From Candidatus Poribacteria bacterium (GTDB lineage: Bacteria; Poribacteria; WGA-4E; PCPOR2b): DNA of 64,000 nucleotides. The translations under genes and the position numbers were made by a program. The stretch spans positions 4,128,001 through 4,192,000 of the forward strand of contig OZ242326.1 of NCBI GenBank assembly GCA_965208325.1. The letters are read 5' to 3'. Positions 29,274 through 38,814 of the stretch are shown in pieces. The stretch's first letter is position 1; each line of letters begins with the position of its first letter. The notes beneath the pieces are model-generated. The model was given only the letters and a program-made list of their open reading frames with translations. It had not been told where the DNA came from and did not search any database.

Positions 29274-29550
29274 GTGCCTATGATTATATTGTGGTGCAAG
29301 ATGAGTTGCTTTAGCTCCCGATTCATGAGGTAGAACCGAACGGCGATCTCTGCCTGCGGACATTGGTGTTGCAGTGGTCAAACTCAGGCTTACATTCCGT
29401 AGAGAAAATACGCAAAAATCAGAGTATTAAGGAATGCGGAGTTTTTTGGTGTGTGTTAAGAAGAAACGATTATTTTCGCTCTTTCCAAACCATTGTATTA
29501 TCGTATATAATAATGCGGAACAAACCTAAAACCCAAAAAGGAGAAAAAAA

Positions 29551-30360
29551 GTGAAACACACGATTTTTATTGCATTAATCCTCTGTTTGACTCTCGCGTT
29601 CCAACTTGAAGACTCGGCGGCGCTCGAAGTTGACAAGGATGTAGTCCTCGCTATCACGTTTGACGAAGGAAAGGGTGATGTCGCCAAAGACCTGTCGCCG
29701 CACGGCAACGACGGCACGTTGCAACAGAAGGCGAAACGGGAAAAGGGAAAGTTTGGGCAGGCGATACGACTGGACGGTACGAACCAAGTCGAGGTTGAGA
29801 ACGACGACAGCCTCAGTCTACACAAATCCGATTTCACCATTGGGGTATGGCTCTATTTTGAGGAAGATCCGCCGAAAGGGAACCGGGGTTCTGCGGGCTT
29901 TACGCTGCTCGGACATGACGAGGGGGGCGGTTCCACAAACAAGTGGATTTGGTGGTATTCCGGAAACGGAATCGACTTCCACATCAATACCGCCGGCGGC
30001 GCGGGCGTCGCTTGGGTCGATTCCGAGCCGTGGGACCCCAAGCTAAAGCAGTGGTATCAGATGGTGCTCACCAAGGAGGGGAGGAAATACACTTATTATT
30101 TAGATGGAAAGCCGTTCGGAAGAGTGGATGACAACGTGGCAATCCCCGAAGAGATTGACCACGCGCTAAATATCGGCTGGTCGGAAGGCCCGTTCTTTTT
30201 CAACGGTATGCTCGACGAAGTCTTAATCGTTAAACGCGCCTTGAGCGCAGACGAGGTTGAAACGCACTTCGATGGCGGATTGAAAGGATTTCTCGCCGTT
30301 CACCCGCACGGAAAGATTAGCACCACATGGGGTAACCTGAAGGCAAGCGCATCAAATTGA
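29551..30360 (+). CDS. Secreted LamG domain protein
   Basis: Signal peptide; FDEGKG, GMLDEVLIVKRAL; tail AVHPHGKISTTWGNLK. Confidence 0.88.
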   Translation: MKHTIFIALILCLTLAFQLEDSAALEVDKDVVLAITFDEGKGDVAKDLSPHGNDGTLQQKAKREKGKFGQAIRLDGTNQVEVENDDSLSLHKSDFTIGVWLYFEEDPPKGNRGSAGFTLLGHDEGGGSTNKWIWWYSGNGIDFHINTAGGAGVAWVDSEPWDPKLKQWYQMVLTKEGRKYTYYLDGKPFGRVDDNVAIPEEIDHALNIGWSEGPFFFNGMLDEVLIVKRALSADEVETHFDGGLKGFLAVHPHGKISTTWGNLKASASN

Positions 30361-30380
30361 TGTAGGTTGGGTAGATAAGC

Positions 30381-30896
30381 GTGAAAATGAAACGATTCAT
30401 TATCCTCATCTGCATCGTATTCACCTCAGCTTGCGGCGGGGTGAAGTTAATCGACATCTCAAAATCCTCATCCGCGCTGAACCTGTCATCGGAACAGCTA
30501 AATGTCATTTCGCCCAAAATTTCAGTCATTAGGGACATTGTCGAAGACTACAAATTTGAAAAAGACGTGTTAGAGTCGCACTACCACGGCTATCGCAGCG
30601 AAGCACGGATGGATCGATTGAGCCCGTACGAAGGCGACCGGAGAATGTATCGGCAGTCGGTGAGGGCACGACACGCGTTGAGAGCCAAGATTCGGGAGTT
30701 CATAGTTCAACGCAATGCGTACCTCAAGGAGATTGGCGGGCTCCTAAACGAAATTAAAGCCGCACTCACGCCCGAACAACTAACTCGGTTTGACGAACTC
30801 AAGATGCCGGACCTGAAACTACCGACGATGATAAAACCCAATCACTTCCGCGGCTTAGACGCAATGCCCGGTACATTTCCGTTTGGGCGCCTCTGA
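30381..30896 (+). CDS. Helical putative lipoprotein with LTxxQ (Spy/CpxP-like) motifs
   Basis: Lipobox TSAC; LSSEQ and LTPEQ. Confidence 0.6.
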   Translation: MKMKRFIILICIVFTSACGGVKLIDISKSSSALNLSSEQLNVISPKISVIRDIVEDYKFEKDVLESHYHGYRSEARMDRLSPYEGDRRMYRQSVRARHALRAKIREFIVQRNAYLKEIGGLLNEIKAALTPEQLTRFDELKMPDLKLPTMIKPNHFRGLDAMPGTFPFGRL

Positions 30897-30907
30897 GCGA
30901 AGCACAC

Positions 30908-31009
30908 GCAGTTTGAGTAGATCGGATTTTTCCAAACCTGTTCTTGCGGCAAATGCCGTGCCTTACGCCGAACGGTGAGATTGCCAGATTAACCCGAGCG
31001 AACCCCAGC
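30908..31009 (+). repeat. ~100-nt REP-like element, degenerate copy
   Basis: GCAGTTTGAGTAGATCGG...GAGCGAACCCCAGC; an inverted left-end remnant CTCAACCTAACCTAAC lies at ~31057. Confidence 0.45.
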
Positions 31010-31075
31010 GCTTGTGTAAACACCAGGCGCAATAATTAAAATATTTCATCGCACCACTCAACCTAACCTAACTGG

Positions 31076-31792
31076 CTACGTAAAGAATTCCTCGTTATAC
31101 GGGCGCAAATCCAGCTCAAACGTCCATGAACTCCGCGGCTGCTGGGCAAGACTCCAATATGTCTCGGCAATCTCGTCCGGATCTAGGGTCGGTTCATCAT
31201 CGTCCAGCTGGTATCGGGTGCGCACGTCAGGTGTATTGATGATTCCGTCCACGATAATGTGAGCAACATGAATCCCTTGATGCCCAATCTCGCGCGCCAA
31301 CGCCCAGGCTAGACCGCGCACGGCAAATTTTGCGCTGCTAAACGCTATTGCCCCCGGTCGTCCGCGAATGGCTGAAGTTGCGCCGGTAAAGAGGATGGCC
31401 CCACCGCCCCGCTCCACCATATCGGGCACGGCTTCTTGTGCGCACAAAAACGCCCCCAGCGCGCACACACGCCAAGAATGCTCAAATGCATCGGGCGTCA
31501 ACTCAGAAAAATTGCCCCACGCGGCATTTCCGGCGTGGTTGACCAAAATATCGACGGGGCCCAACGTTTCTCGCACTGCCGAAAAGCTGCCCGTAATTTG
31601 AAGTGGGTCTGTAATGTCCGTCGGTAACGCGAGGCAAATCGTCCCCGCTTCCCGAAGTTCCGCAGCCAGCGCATCAATGTAACCCGAAGAACGTGCGAGC
31701 AGCGCTACGCGGCATCCTTCGCGCGCAAATTTTTTTGCTAAGGACGCTCCCAATCCGGCGCCGACACCGGCGATTACCGCTGTCTTTGACAT
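31076..31792 (-). CDS. Short-chain dehydrogenase/reductase
   Basis: AGVGAGLG, NHAG, FTGAT, FSSAKFAVR, HVAHIIVDG. Confidence 0.9.
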   Translation of the reverse strand: MSKTAVIAGVGAGLGASLAKKFAREGCRVALLARSSGYIDALAAELREAGTICLALPTDITDPLQITGSFSAVRETLGPVDILVNHAGNAAWGNFSELTPDAFEHSWRVCALGAFLCAQEAVPDMVERGGGAILFTGATSAIRGRPGAIAFSSAKFAVRGLAWALAREIGHQGIHVAHIIVDGIINTPDVRTRYQLDDDEPTLDPDEIAETYWSLAQQPRSSWTFELDLRPYNEEFFT

Positions 31793-31845
31793 TTGAGTTT
31801 CCTTCCTCCAATTTCAGTGCAATGATTTTAGTTTCCATGTCTCCT

Positions 31846-31947
31846 GTAGGTTGGGTTAAGGTGGGTTTTACCAAATACATAGCCAAGCGAAACTACGCCG
31901 CGAACTTGAATTGGCGACATTGGCATATACCCGGAATAAAACCTAAC
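31846..31947 (+). repeat. ~100-nt REP-like element, copy E
   Basis: GTAGGTTGGGTTAAG...AAAACCTAAC; an inverted right end AAAACGTTGGGTTACGC lies at ~32000. Confidence 0.6.
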
Positions 31948-32020
31948 GCATTTAGGGTTTTGCATAGCCTCAAATATACCAATCGCATTGTGCAACCAAA
32001 AAACGTTGGGTTACGCTATT

Positions 32021-33802
32021 TCAATCCCTTACGACCCTGTAATCCGGATTGCACAAATCGCAATTACCGCATCTGTAATCCTCTGGAACCGATTCGCCGA
32101 AATACCTCCGTGCGGCGCGCCCGCGGCAATGGTCTGCGAGCGCATAATGTACTACCTGATCCAGCTGCCGCCGCTTGCCTAGAATGAAATCCTCAAATCC
32201 CATCTGATCCTCAGAAATCGAACCGAAGAGGTGGCTCTCACGCAGCAGCTCAATGAGCATCGAATCCTCTGTTCCCCAATACCGCAGATACCCATCGTTC
32301 TGCAAGTCAATTAGTTGTTCCATCAAATCGTCCGGACGGATATCTAAGTCCCTGCAAAATTCCATCGTGTTCAATTCGGATTGTGTCCGCAGTTGCTCTA
32401 GCAGCGCACGTTGGTCGTGATCTTCTATCCTGTAATTTGGGACGAACGGCGTCCGGATTGACAGTCTTGAAGGGATGTCATACATCCTTCGCAGGAACCC
32501 GAGTTTCTGCAGGTAGCTGATGCCGACCCTGATTTTTCCGGCGCTAAAGCCGCTCAACCACTCCAGTTCTTCTGCAGGAATCATGCGGAATTGGTGCAGG
32601 GCGGGAAATGTTTCAATTAACTTGAGAAGTTTAAGCAGATTGCGCTTGTTTGGCGCGTCTTCCTTGATAAACCATTCGCGCAACCTCCGATCGTCGGGAC
32701 AATAAAAGAGCACACAGTTGGAGTCTCCCCCATCCCGGCCAGCACGCCCTGATTCCTGATAATATTCCTCCAGTGTCCCCGTCATCGCCCAATGGATGAT
32801 GTATCGGATGTCAGATTTGTCAATCCCCATTCCGAATGCGTTGGTCGCCGCGATGAGGTCTATGCCGTCAGGTCCATCTTCAAAGAATCCATCCTGCACC
32901 CGTTTTCGCTCTGACGCATCGCGCCCGGCATGGTAATAATCCACGCGCCGTCCGTGCGATCCCAAAACGGCCGCAATTTCCTCCGTGTCGCGTCGGCGCC
33001 CCGCATAAATAATTCCTTTGCCTTCAAGTTTTTCCAGGCAGGCATGCAGCATCGCGTATTTTTCGGTCTCGCTGGAGAGGGCACAGACGCTAAATTTCAG
33101 ATTGCGGCGCACAATACTTCGTAAAAAGGTTTCGCAGCGATCAACGTCCAACTCACGCAAGACGTCCGCACGCACTTCCGGGGTCGCGGTCGCTGTGAAA
33201 AGGGCAATCGAGCGCGGGTGCAGTACCCGGATGGCGTCGCGCAACGCCAGATACGCGGGTCGGAAGTCGTGCCCCCACTGGGATATGCAGTGCGCTTCAT
33301 CTATGACGAACAGCGAGATAGGGAACGCGTCGAGACGCGCCAAAAACCGACGACTTCGAAACCGTTCCGGTGCAGCATAGAGCAATTTTATCTCACCGCG
33401 TTTCAAACGGTCCAACTCAGCCTGATACTCCTCCAAATTTAGGCTGCTGTTGATTAGCCCGACCGAATGGATACCACGCCCACGCAATGCGTCCACCTGA
33501 TCTTTCATCAAGGAGATTAACGGCGAAACGATGATGGCGACGCCGGGCTGAATTAGCGCAGGCAACTGAAAACAGAGTGATTTGCCGTAACCGGTCGGAA
33601 ACGCAGCGAGGACATTGCCGCCGTTAAGGATTGCTTCAATTATTTCGCGCTGCCCGCCTCGGAACGCGGAAAGTCCGAAATAGTGTTTGAGCGCAGCAAG
33701 TAACTCGTCTGAAGTATTGACAGGCAGTGCCGGCGGCTCCGAGGAAGGCTGTAGGTCGATGAGTTGATCGATATTTTCAAGTAGATTCTGTAAATTCTTC
33801 AT
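32021..33802 (-). CDS. recQ: RecQ family DNA helicase, no HRDC domain evident
   Basis: PTGYGKS, DEAHCISQWGHDFRP, TATAT, AFGMGID, QESGRAGRDG, C-terminal CGNCDLC. Confidence 0.92.
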   Translation of the reverse strand: MKNLQNLLENIDQLIDLQPSSEPPALPVNTSDELLAALKHYFGLSAFRGGQREIIEAILNGGNVLAAFPTGYGKSLCFQLPALIQPGVAIIVSPLISLMKDQVDALRGRGIHSVGLINSSLNLEEYQAELDRLKRGEIKLLYAAPERFRSRRFLARLDAFPISLFVIDEAHCISQWGHDFRPAYLALRDAIRVLHPRSIALFTATATPEVRADVLRELDVDRCETFLRSIVRRNLKFSVCALSSETEKYAMLHACLEKLEGKGIIYAGRRRDTEEIAAVLGSHGRRVDYYHAGRDASERKRVQDGFFEDGPDGIDLIAATNAFGMGIDKSDIRYIIHWAMTGTLEEYYQESGRAGRDGGDSNCVLFYCPDDRRLREWFIKEDAPNKRNLLKLLKLIETFPALHQFRMIPAEELEWLSGFSAGKIRVGISYLQKLGFLRRMYDIPSRLSIRTPFVPNYRIEDHDQRALLEQLRTQSELNTMEFCRDLDIRPDDLMEQLIDLQNDGYLRYWGTEDSMLIELLRESHLFGSISEDQMGFEDFILGKRRQLDQVVHYALADHCRGRAARRYFGESVPEDYRCGNCDLCNPDYRVVRD

Positions 33803-33882
33803 GTGACGATCCGGGTGAATTGCAATTTAATACCAGTCGATCCGCCCCAAGTGCCCAAATGACGCCGATGTTCAATCTCGGA

Positions 33883-34581
33883 TTAGTCCTTGAATCGAAA
33901 ACGGATAATATGATACATTGCTGCAATCCCATCCTTCCAACTCACTTTTTTCCCCTCGTGATAGTCGCGTCCACGATAGGTTACCGGCACCTCACAGATT
34001 CGGCATTTGCGTTTTGCGAGTTTTGCGGTAATCTCCGGTTCAAATCCGAATCGATCCGACCGCAGCGGAATATCCAACAAAATTGAGGATTTTATTGCCT
34101 TGTAGCAGGTTTCCATATCCGTCAGCTTAAATCCGGTGCACAGATTGGAGAACGCAGTCAAAAATCTATTCGCGGCATAACTCGATAACAGCGCATGTCC
34201 GCGTCCCGTTTGGAAACGCGAACCGTAGACCGCGTCCGCAACACCGTCCAAAATCGGCTGGATTAGTTCCGGGTAGTCTTGTGGATTATACTCCAAATCG
34301 GCGTCCTGAATGAGAGTTATGTCACCCTCAACGTGCTGGAATCCGGTGCGCAAGGCTGCGCCCTTGCCATAATTTACATCGTGGTAAAAGGCGCGGATGG
34401 GTGAGTCGCTAGACGATTCAATCTCCCGGAGAAGTTCACGCGCCCCATCGGTTGAGCAATCGTCCACCAAAACAATCTCTTTTTCAATCCCGATGTCGAC
34501 CGCTTGTACCTGCCGGAGCACTTCCTCCAATGTGCCGACCTCATTATAAACGGGAATTACAATGGAGAGCTTATGCTGCAT
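33883..34581 (-). CDS. GT2 (DPM1-like) glycosyltransferase
   Basis: IPVYNE, DDCSTD, QDADLEY, TDMETCYK, FEPEIT. Confidence 0.92.
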   Translation of the reverse strand: MQHKLSIVIPVYNEVGTLEEVLRQVQAVDIGIEKEIVLVDDCSTDGARELLREIESSSDSPIRAFYHDVNYGKGAALRTGFQHVEGDITLIQDADLEYNPQDYPELIQPILDGVADAVYGSRFQTGRGHALLSSYAANRFLTAFSNLCTGFKLTDMETCYKAIKSSILLDIPLRSDRFGFEPEITAKLAKRKCRICEVPVTYRGRDYHEGKKVSWKDGIAAMYHIIRFRFKD

Positions 34582-34648
34582 GGCCGACCACCTGACGGAC
34601 GAAAGCAGATGTTACTTTGTAATTTAACACATAAACACCTAACACGCC

Positions 34649-34750
34649 GTTGGTTGGGTTGAACGGATTTGGCAGACTCATACTTTTAGAAGAAAAAACG
34701 CGGCGGGCAAAAACGAGGTTGATAACACAATCCGCGAAGCGAAATTCAGC
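34649..34750 (+). repeat. ~100-nt REP-like element, copy F (degenerate right end)
   Basis: GTTGGTTGGGTTGAACGG...GAAGCGAAATTCAGC. Confidence 0.5.
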
Positions 34751-34809
34751 GCGGTACGTTAGACAGTACCGACTCCGTTCAACGAGATGACTCTCAATAG
34801 CCAAAAGGC

Positions 34810-34905
34810 GTTGGGTTACAGAGAAAACTGCCGCCTAAAATCTCTTTCGCCCAAAATATTCCTCCGGTTGGTGTTGTTCGATCGCGCGGCCTCAACCCAA
34901 CCTAA
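34810..34905 (-). repeat. ~100-nt REP-like element, copy D (inverted relative to F)
   Basis: Reverse complement reads TTAGGTTGGGTTGAGG...GTAACCCAAC, followed by GCCTTTT. Confidence 0.65.
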
Positions 34906-35024
34906 GACTGCTACGATTGCCTCCTAACAGAGAAGATAGCATAACATATCTATACTGTCGAATCAAGCGTTTTCACGTCTCGCCATTTGTGTCCCGGGGC
35001 TGCTTCGTTCAGAGTGTGGAAGGG

Positions 35025-36971
35025 TTATGGAATCATACTTGGGCGTCCGTGCCATGCCATGTTATACGTAACAATATTCAAGGATGCGCTGATAATGCTC
35101 CAAATGCAACCCATCGTGTAATCGCCGAGTACCAATCCCGCGAAAAACGGGATGGCGCGGCGATACCCCTTCAAGCCGCCGTAACGTAGAATGGTGAATT
35201 TAAGAAACCAACTAACCAGCATCGGACACCAGATGTAACTCATTTCCGACGGGCTTACCCCCATGACATATCCCACCGGATGAAATGGCCACCACAGAAA
35301 CCGCATCTTCATGACTAGCAGAACGGTTGTTATGCCAAAACCGAGGCTTATCATGCTCATGGTTAGGTAGTCCGGTTCGAGGGGAACGCTTAACCACGGC
35401 TGAAGCCGTCTCGTAAAATAGTCTGTACCCATCCCAACAATGTGTGATGCGGAATTTCCCGCCCCGTGGTGGTATGTGAGACCGAGGTATATAACGAAAG
35501 TCGCGGGTATACCGATGATGAGAGTAATAAGCATTGCCCATAACACTCTTCGATAATTCGTGCCCGTCTGCTCCGCGATGCGGAATGCTTCGAGTTGATT
35601 CGGCATCGGATGCGCGACCAGCTCTCGGTTCAGCCAGAAAAGGAAGGTCAGCACCGTCAAGTTCCGCGCCCCGAATGTGCGTGTCCCAAACGCGGTCACC
35701 ATCGTGCGCTGCGGATCTACCCAGATGATGTGATGAATCGACACCCCCAAACTCGCCCTGAGTTTTGCTACTCCGATGGCAATGGAACAGTACAAAACCA
35801 AAAACATGAGCATTACCCATGCCGACAGCCCCGCTCTGTACGCAAATGCAATTAGAAACAGGAACCCTGCAATTATGCCCAATACAGCGGTGCGATACCG
35901 CATCGGCTCGTTCGAGTCATCGAACCGGTTATTGCCGCTGAACGTCTGGAAGAAGGCGCGTTTGAGGTGTCTGCGCCCGACCCATAACGCCAGAATGCCC
36001 AATCCAATCCAACCACCCTGTGCTTGTTCATCGAAGTACGGGTTTCGTATTCCCATCGCCGCGCCCAACAACACTCGAATCAGAAGCTGTAGGATGAAGA
36101 AAAACCACGCGGAAAACGCGAGATCCAACGGCATGAAATACGAAAGCCCAATCACGAATGGCTGGAAAGAGACCAGCACTCCACCGGCGTAACTCCACGG
36201 TTTTTCCGCGAAACTAACCCGTTGCCACCAAACGGGCACAGCGGGAACGAATGGGAATAAGGTGTGCAAGCCGTTTAGCAGACTGATTCCCGCCGCGATT
36301 CCAAAGCCTAGCCACATTAACTTGTTCCTCAGAAACCCCGAGATATCTCTCCCCATCTCTAGGGGCATCCAAGTAATCGGATAGGTGAGCCGTTCATGCT
36401 CGGTGAATTGCTTTCGCAGAATCACGTTGATGCAGATAAGTACAAAGTAGAGGACAAACATGAAAGCTGACCAATAGAGCAACGGGGCCAGCCACGGTTC
36501 GACGTATTTTCGGTCAAAGAAGGATGTCCCCCCGTGAAAAAAGCTACTGAGGGCATGTGTGTCACGGGTGGTGAACCAGTCGGGAATATACTGCCAGAAC
36601 AGATTGCGCCAATCATTTTCCGGCGTGGCAAACCAGTATGGGTGCGCGAGAATTCCGATTACATGGCTCATGCTCGGATGGCCAGATACCGTTGTCACGG
36701 TGACAACCATAACGTAGATAACGAACAGGTCGGATCTGCTGAGCATAAACCGCGGCAGCAGTCTTTTGAGAAGCAGATTCAGTAGAATGAGCGCAAACAG
36801 GGTGAAGACTGCGTTGCTGAACAACGACATATAGTTGTGCAAAGGACCGACGATAATGTCATTGATTGCGACCCAATATGCATTGAGCGCCATCAATATT
36901 AGGCCGATGACAACGACTCTGATGCGAATACCGCCTCGAATCCGGTTCTGGACTTCGGTCTTTTCATTCAC
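35025..36971 (-). CDS. Polytopic membrane protein, DUF6785/DUF6784-like putative transporter; GTG start inferred (ORF is open to 37136)
   Basis: Many TM helices; RKQFTEHERLTYPI, WWPFHPVGY, RYGG..YRR..PFF.GL.LG. Confidence 0.75.
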   Translation of the reverse strand: MNEKTEVQNRIRGGIRIRVVVIGLILMALNAYWVAINDIIVGPLHNYMSLFSNAVFTLFALILLNLLLKRLLPRFMLSRSDLFVIYVMVVTVTTVSGHPSMSHVIGILAHPYWFATPENDWRNLFWQYIPDWFTTRDTHALSSFFHGGTSFFDRKYVEPWLAPLLYWSAFMFVLYFVLICINVILRKQFTEHERLTYPITWMPLEMGRDISGFLRNKLMWLGFGIAAGISLLNGLHTLFPFVPAVPVWWQRVSFAEKPWSYAGGVLVSFQPFVIGLSYFMPLDLAFSAWFFFILQLLIRVLLGAAMGIRNPYFDEQAQGGWIGLGILALWVGRRHLKRAFFQTFSGNNRFDDSNEPMRYRTAVLGIIAGFLFLIAFAYRAGLSAWVMLMFLVLYCSIAIGVAKLRASLGVSIHHIIWVDPQRTMVTAFGTRTFGARNLTVLTFLFWLNRELVAHPMPNQLEAFRIAEQTGTNYRRVLWAMLITLIIGIPATFVIYLGLTYHHGAGNSASHIVGMGTDYFTRRLQPWLSVPLEPDYLTMSMISLGFGITTVLLVMKMRFLWWPFHPVGYVMGVSPSEMSYIWCPMLVSWFLKFTILRYGGLKGYRRAIPFFAGLVLGDYTMGCIWSIISASLNIVTYNMAWHGRPSMIP

Positions 36972-36979
36972 AAATCTTC

Positions 36980-37860
36980 TCACAGTGATAGTCTTGGATT
37001 TCCGCCTCCCTTTGTAGCGGAGAGAATCCATGCCATCCACTTCTCTGGATCCACTGTAACCCCGTGTACAACCATACCCCAGTGAAGATGCGAGCCGGCC
37101 CCCAGACCCGTTACAACCATCAAACCGATTCGCCACCCGTTTTCTACCGCGTCGCCAACGTTTACGCCGATTTCGTTGAGATGCTTATAGCTTGCCAAGA
37201 CACTATGCCCAACCGAATCTTTGTCCTGCAACAAGAGCGGACAGGTCTTGGCTTGCCGCGTATCGCTCACTCCAATTAAACCTCGGTGCACGTTTTTCCA
37301 TCTAATCGGATAGAATGGAACAATTTGAATCGAAAATCTTGCCGTTTGTTTCGGCCAGGTGCTCATTAAATCGGGCGAAAATCCCGAGCGTTTTAACTTG
37401 TTGAGCGCTCAATTATTCGGTAGAGAGCTGAAACTCCGACGGGGTTTTATCAACGAAGGACACGAACGCTTTGCAGGGAGATTGTATCTACAACAATCTA
37501 TCCGTGCCGCAGGCGCAATTGTGATTGCGCCATGGCGGCGGGCTGATGTATCCGGTGTCCTGATAGTGTGAATTTTTCTGTTCTCACCGAGCTTCAAACG
37601 TTCTGGGACGCCATGATTAATCTGGATTGTGACCGTGCCGAGTGCTGAACCATCACCGCTTGCGGCGACAAATTTAGCGTATTCTCCCACGATAGGTATT
37701 CTGCGAGTCGATTCTGTTCAGATTGAGCGGAAGCGGTGCCGCACCGAACACAATATACCGAAAACGGTAGCTCAACAACCACAGCCGCGAGATTATCAAG
37801 AGGCGGATAACCCCAAGACGAAGGAAAAGGCGAATTCTAGTGGCACCGTGATGAGGCGCA
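36980..37860 (-). pseudogene. Degenerate M23 metallopeptidase remnant
   Basis: GHSVLASYKHLNEIGVNVGDAV..IG..TG...HLHWGM..VDP; upstream part broken across frames; no intact HxxxD. Confidence 0.6.
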
Positions 37861-38340
37861 TTGAGGGATGTCCATGTCGTGTAATGCTAATCAAAATGAC
37901 TAAAAAAGTTACCGGTCAATCACGGGAATTATATCATATCGGTGCGTCAATACGAAATGTTTGATCTGATTTTGCCACACCAAGTTGCGCGTGACTTTCA
38001 GGGTTGAGACCGCGGCGGTTCTCTCTTAACAAATGGTCATAATGGATTCTCCATTTTCGCAGAAAGAATCGGCGTCCCTCGCTGATTTTACGGTCGAATG
38101 TGGCAGAATCTGCGGATTTATGGTATTATATTATGAAAAGGTGTATGCGTCGAACAATTGCGTTAAACCGGTCGCATGTGTTGGTTGGATTCAAGGTGTG
38201 CAGCATGTACCGGTTCCGCAGAGGGTTGTCGGGAGACGACCATTCGACGCATTGGAGGCGCAAGAATGGTTCTACTGCCATACGCTAGAACAACTTAGGC
38301 TGCGATATGTGAAACGGTTCATTTATAGGAGGAGATTTTA

Positions 38341-38634
38341 ATGAATATCTACGTCGGGAATTTGTCCTTTAGTGCCACCGATGATGACGTGCTTGAAGCT
38401 TTTCAAGAATTTGGAAAAGTGGAAACGGTGAATGTAATTCGAGATTCATATGACGGTCGATCTAGAGGATTCGGGTTTGTCGAAATGCCAGAAGATGCAG
38501 AAGCGAAATCAGCCATAGAAGCGTTAGATGGCAGCGAGTTTATGGGACGAAATTTGAAAGTGAACGAGGCGCGCCCAAAGTCTAGACGAAATCAATCAAG
38601 AGATTACCGAGGGGGCGGATCTGACAGATGGTAG
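38341..38634 (+). CDS. RRM RNA-binding protein
   Basis: RNP2 IYVGNL, RNP1 RGFGFVEM, LKVNEARP; RBS AGGAGG. Confidence 0.95.
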   Translation: MNIYVGNLSFSATDDDVLEAFQEFGKVETVNVIRDSYDGRSRGFGFVEMPEDAEAKSAIEALDGSEFMGRNLKVNEARPKSRRNQSRDYRGGGSDRW

Positions 38635-38666
38635 CGCGTTCGGCTTATACCATGGGATATCATCGC

Positions 38667-38702
38667 AAGCACCGGTTCCGTGTGATGAATCGGTGCTTTT
38701 TT
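38667..38702 (+). terminator. Intrinsic terminator
   Basis: AAGCACCGGTTC-loop-GAATCGGTGCTTTTTT. Confidence 0.75.
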
Positions 38703-38814
38703 ATGATTCAGGTAGGTTAGTTATTGAATAAAAGCGCCGAGAGGAAAATTTTCTCGTCCGCCACAAACTCCTATGTGATTTACTTCATCGCTAAGAATTG
38801 AGGTAATCAAAGCC

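Noticed and set aside
36972..37136. N-terminal extension of the 703-aa membrane protein ORF
   Set aside because: Overlaps the M23 remnant in another frame; a downstream start is more plausible
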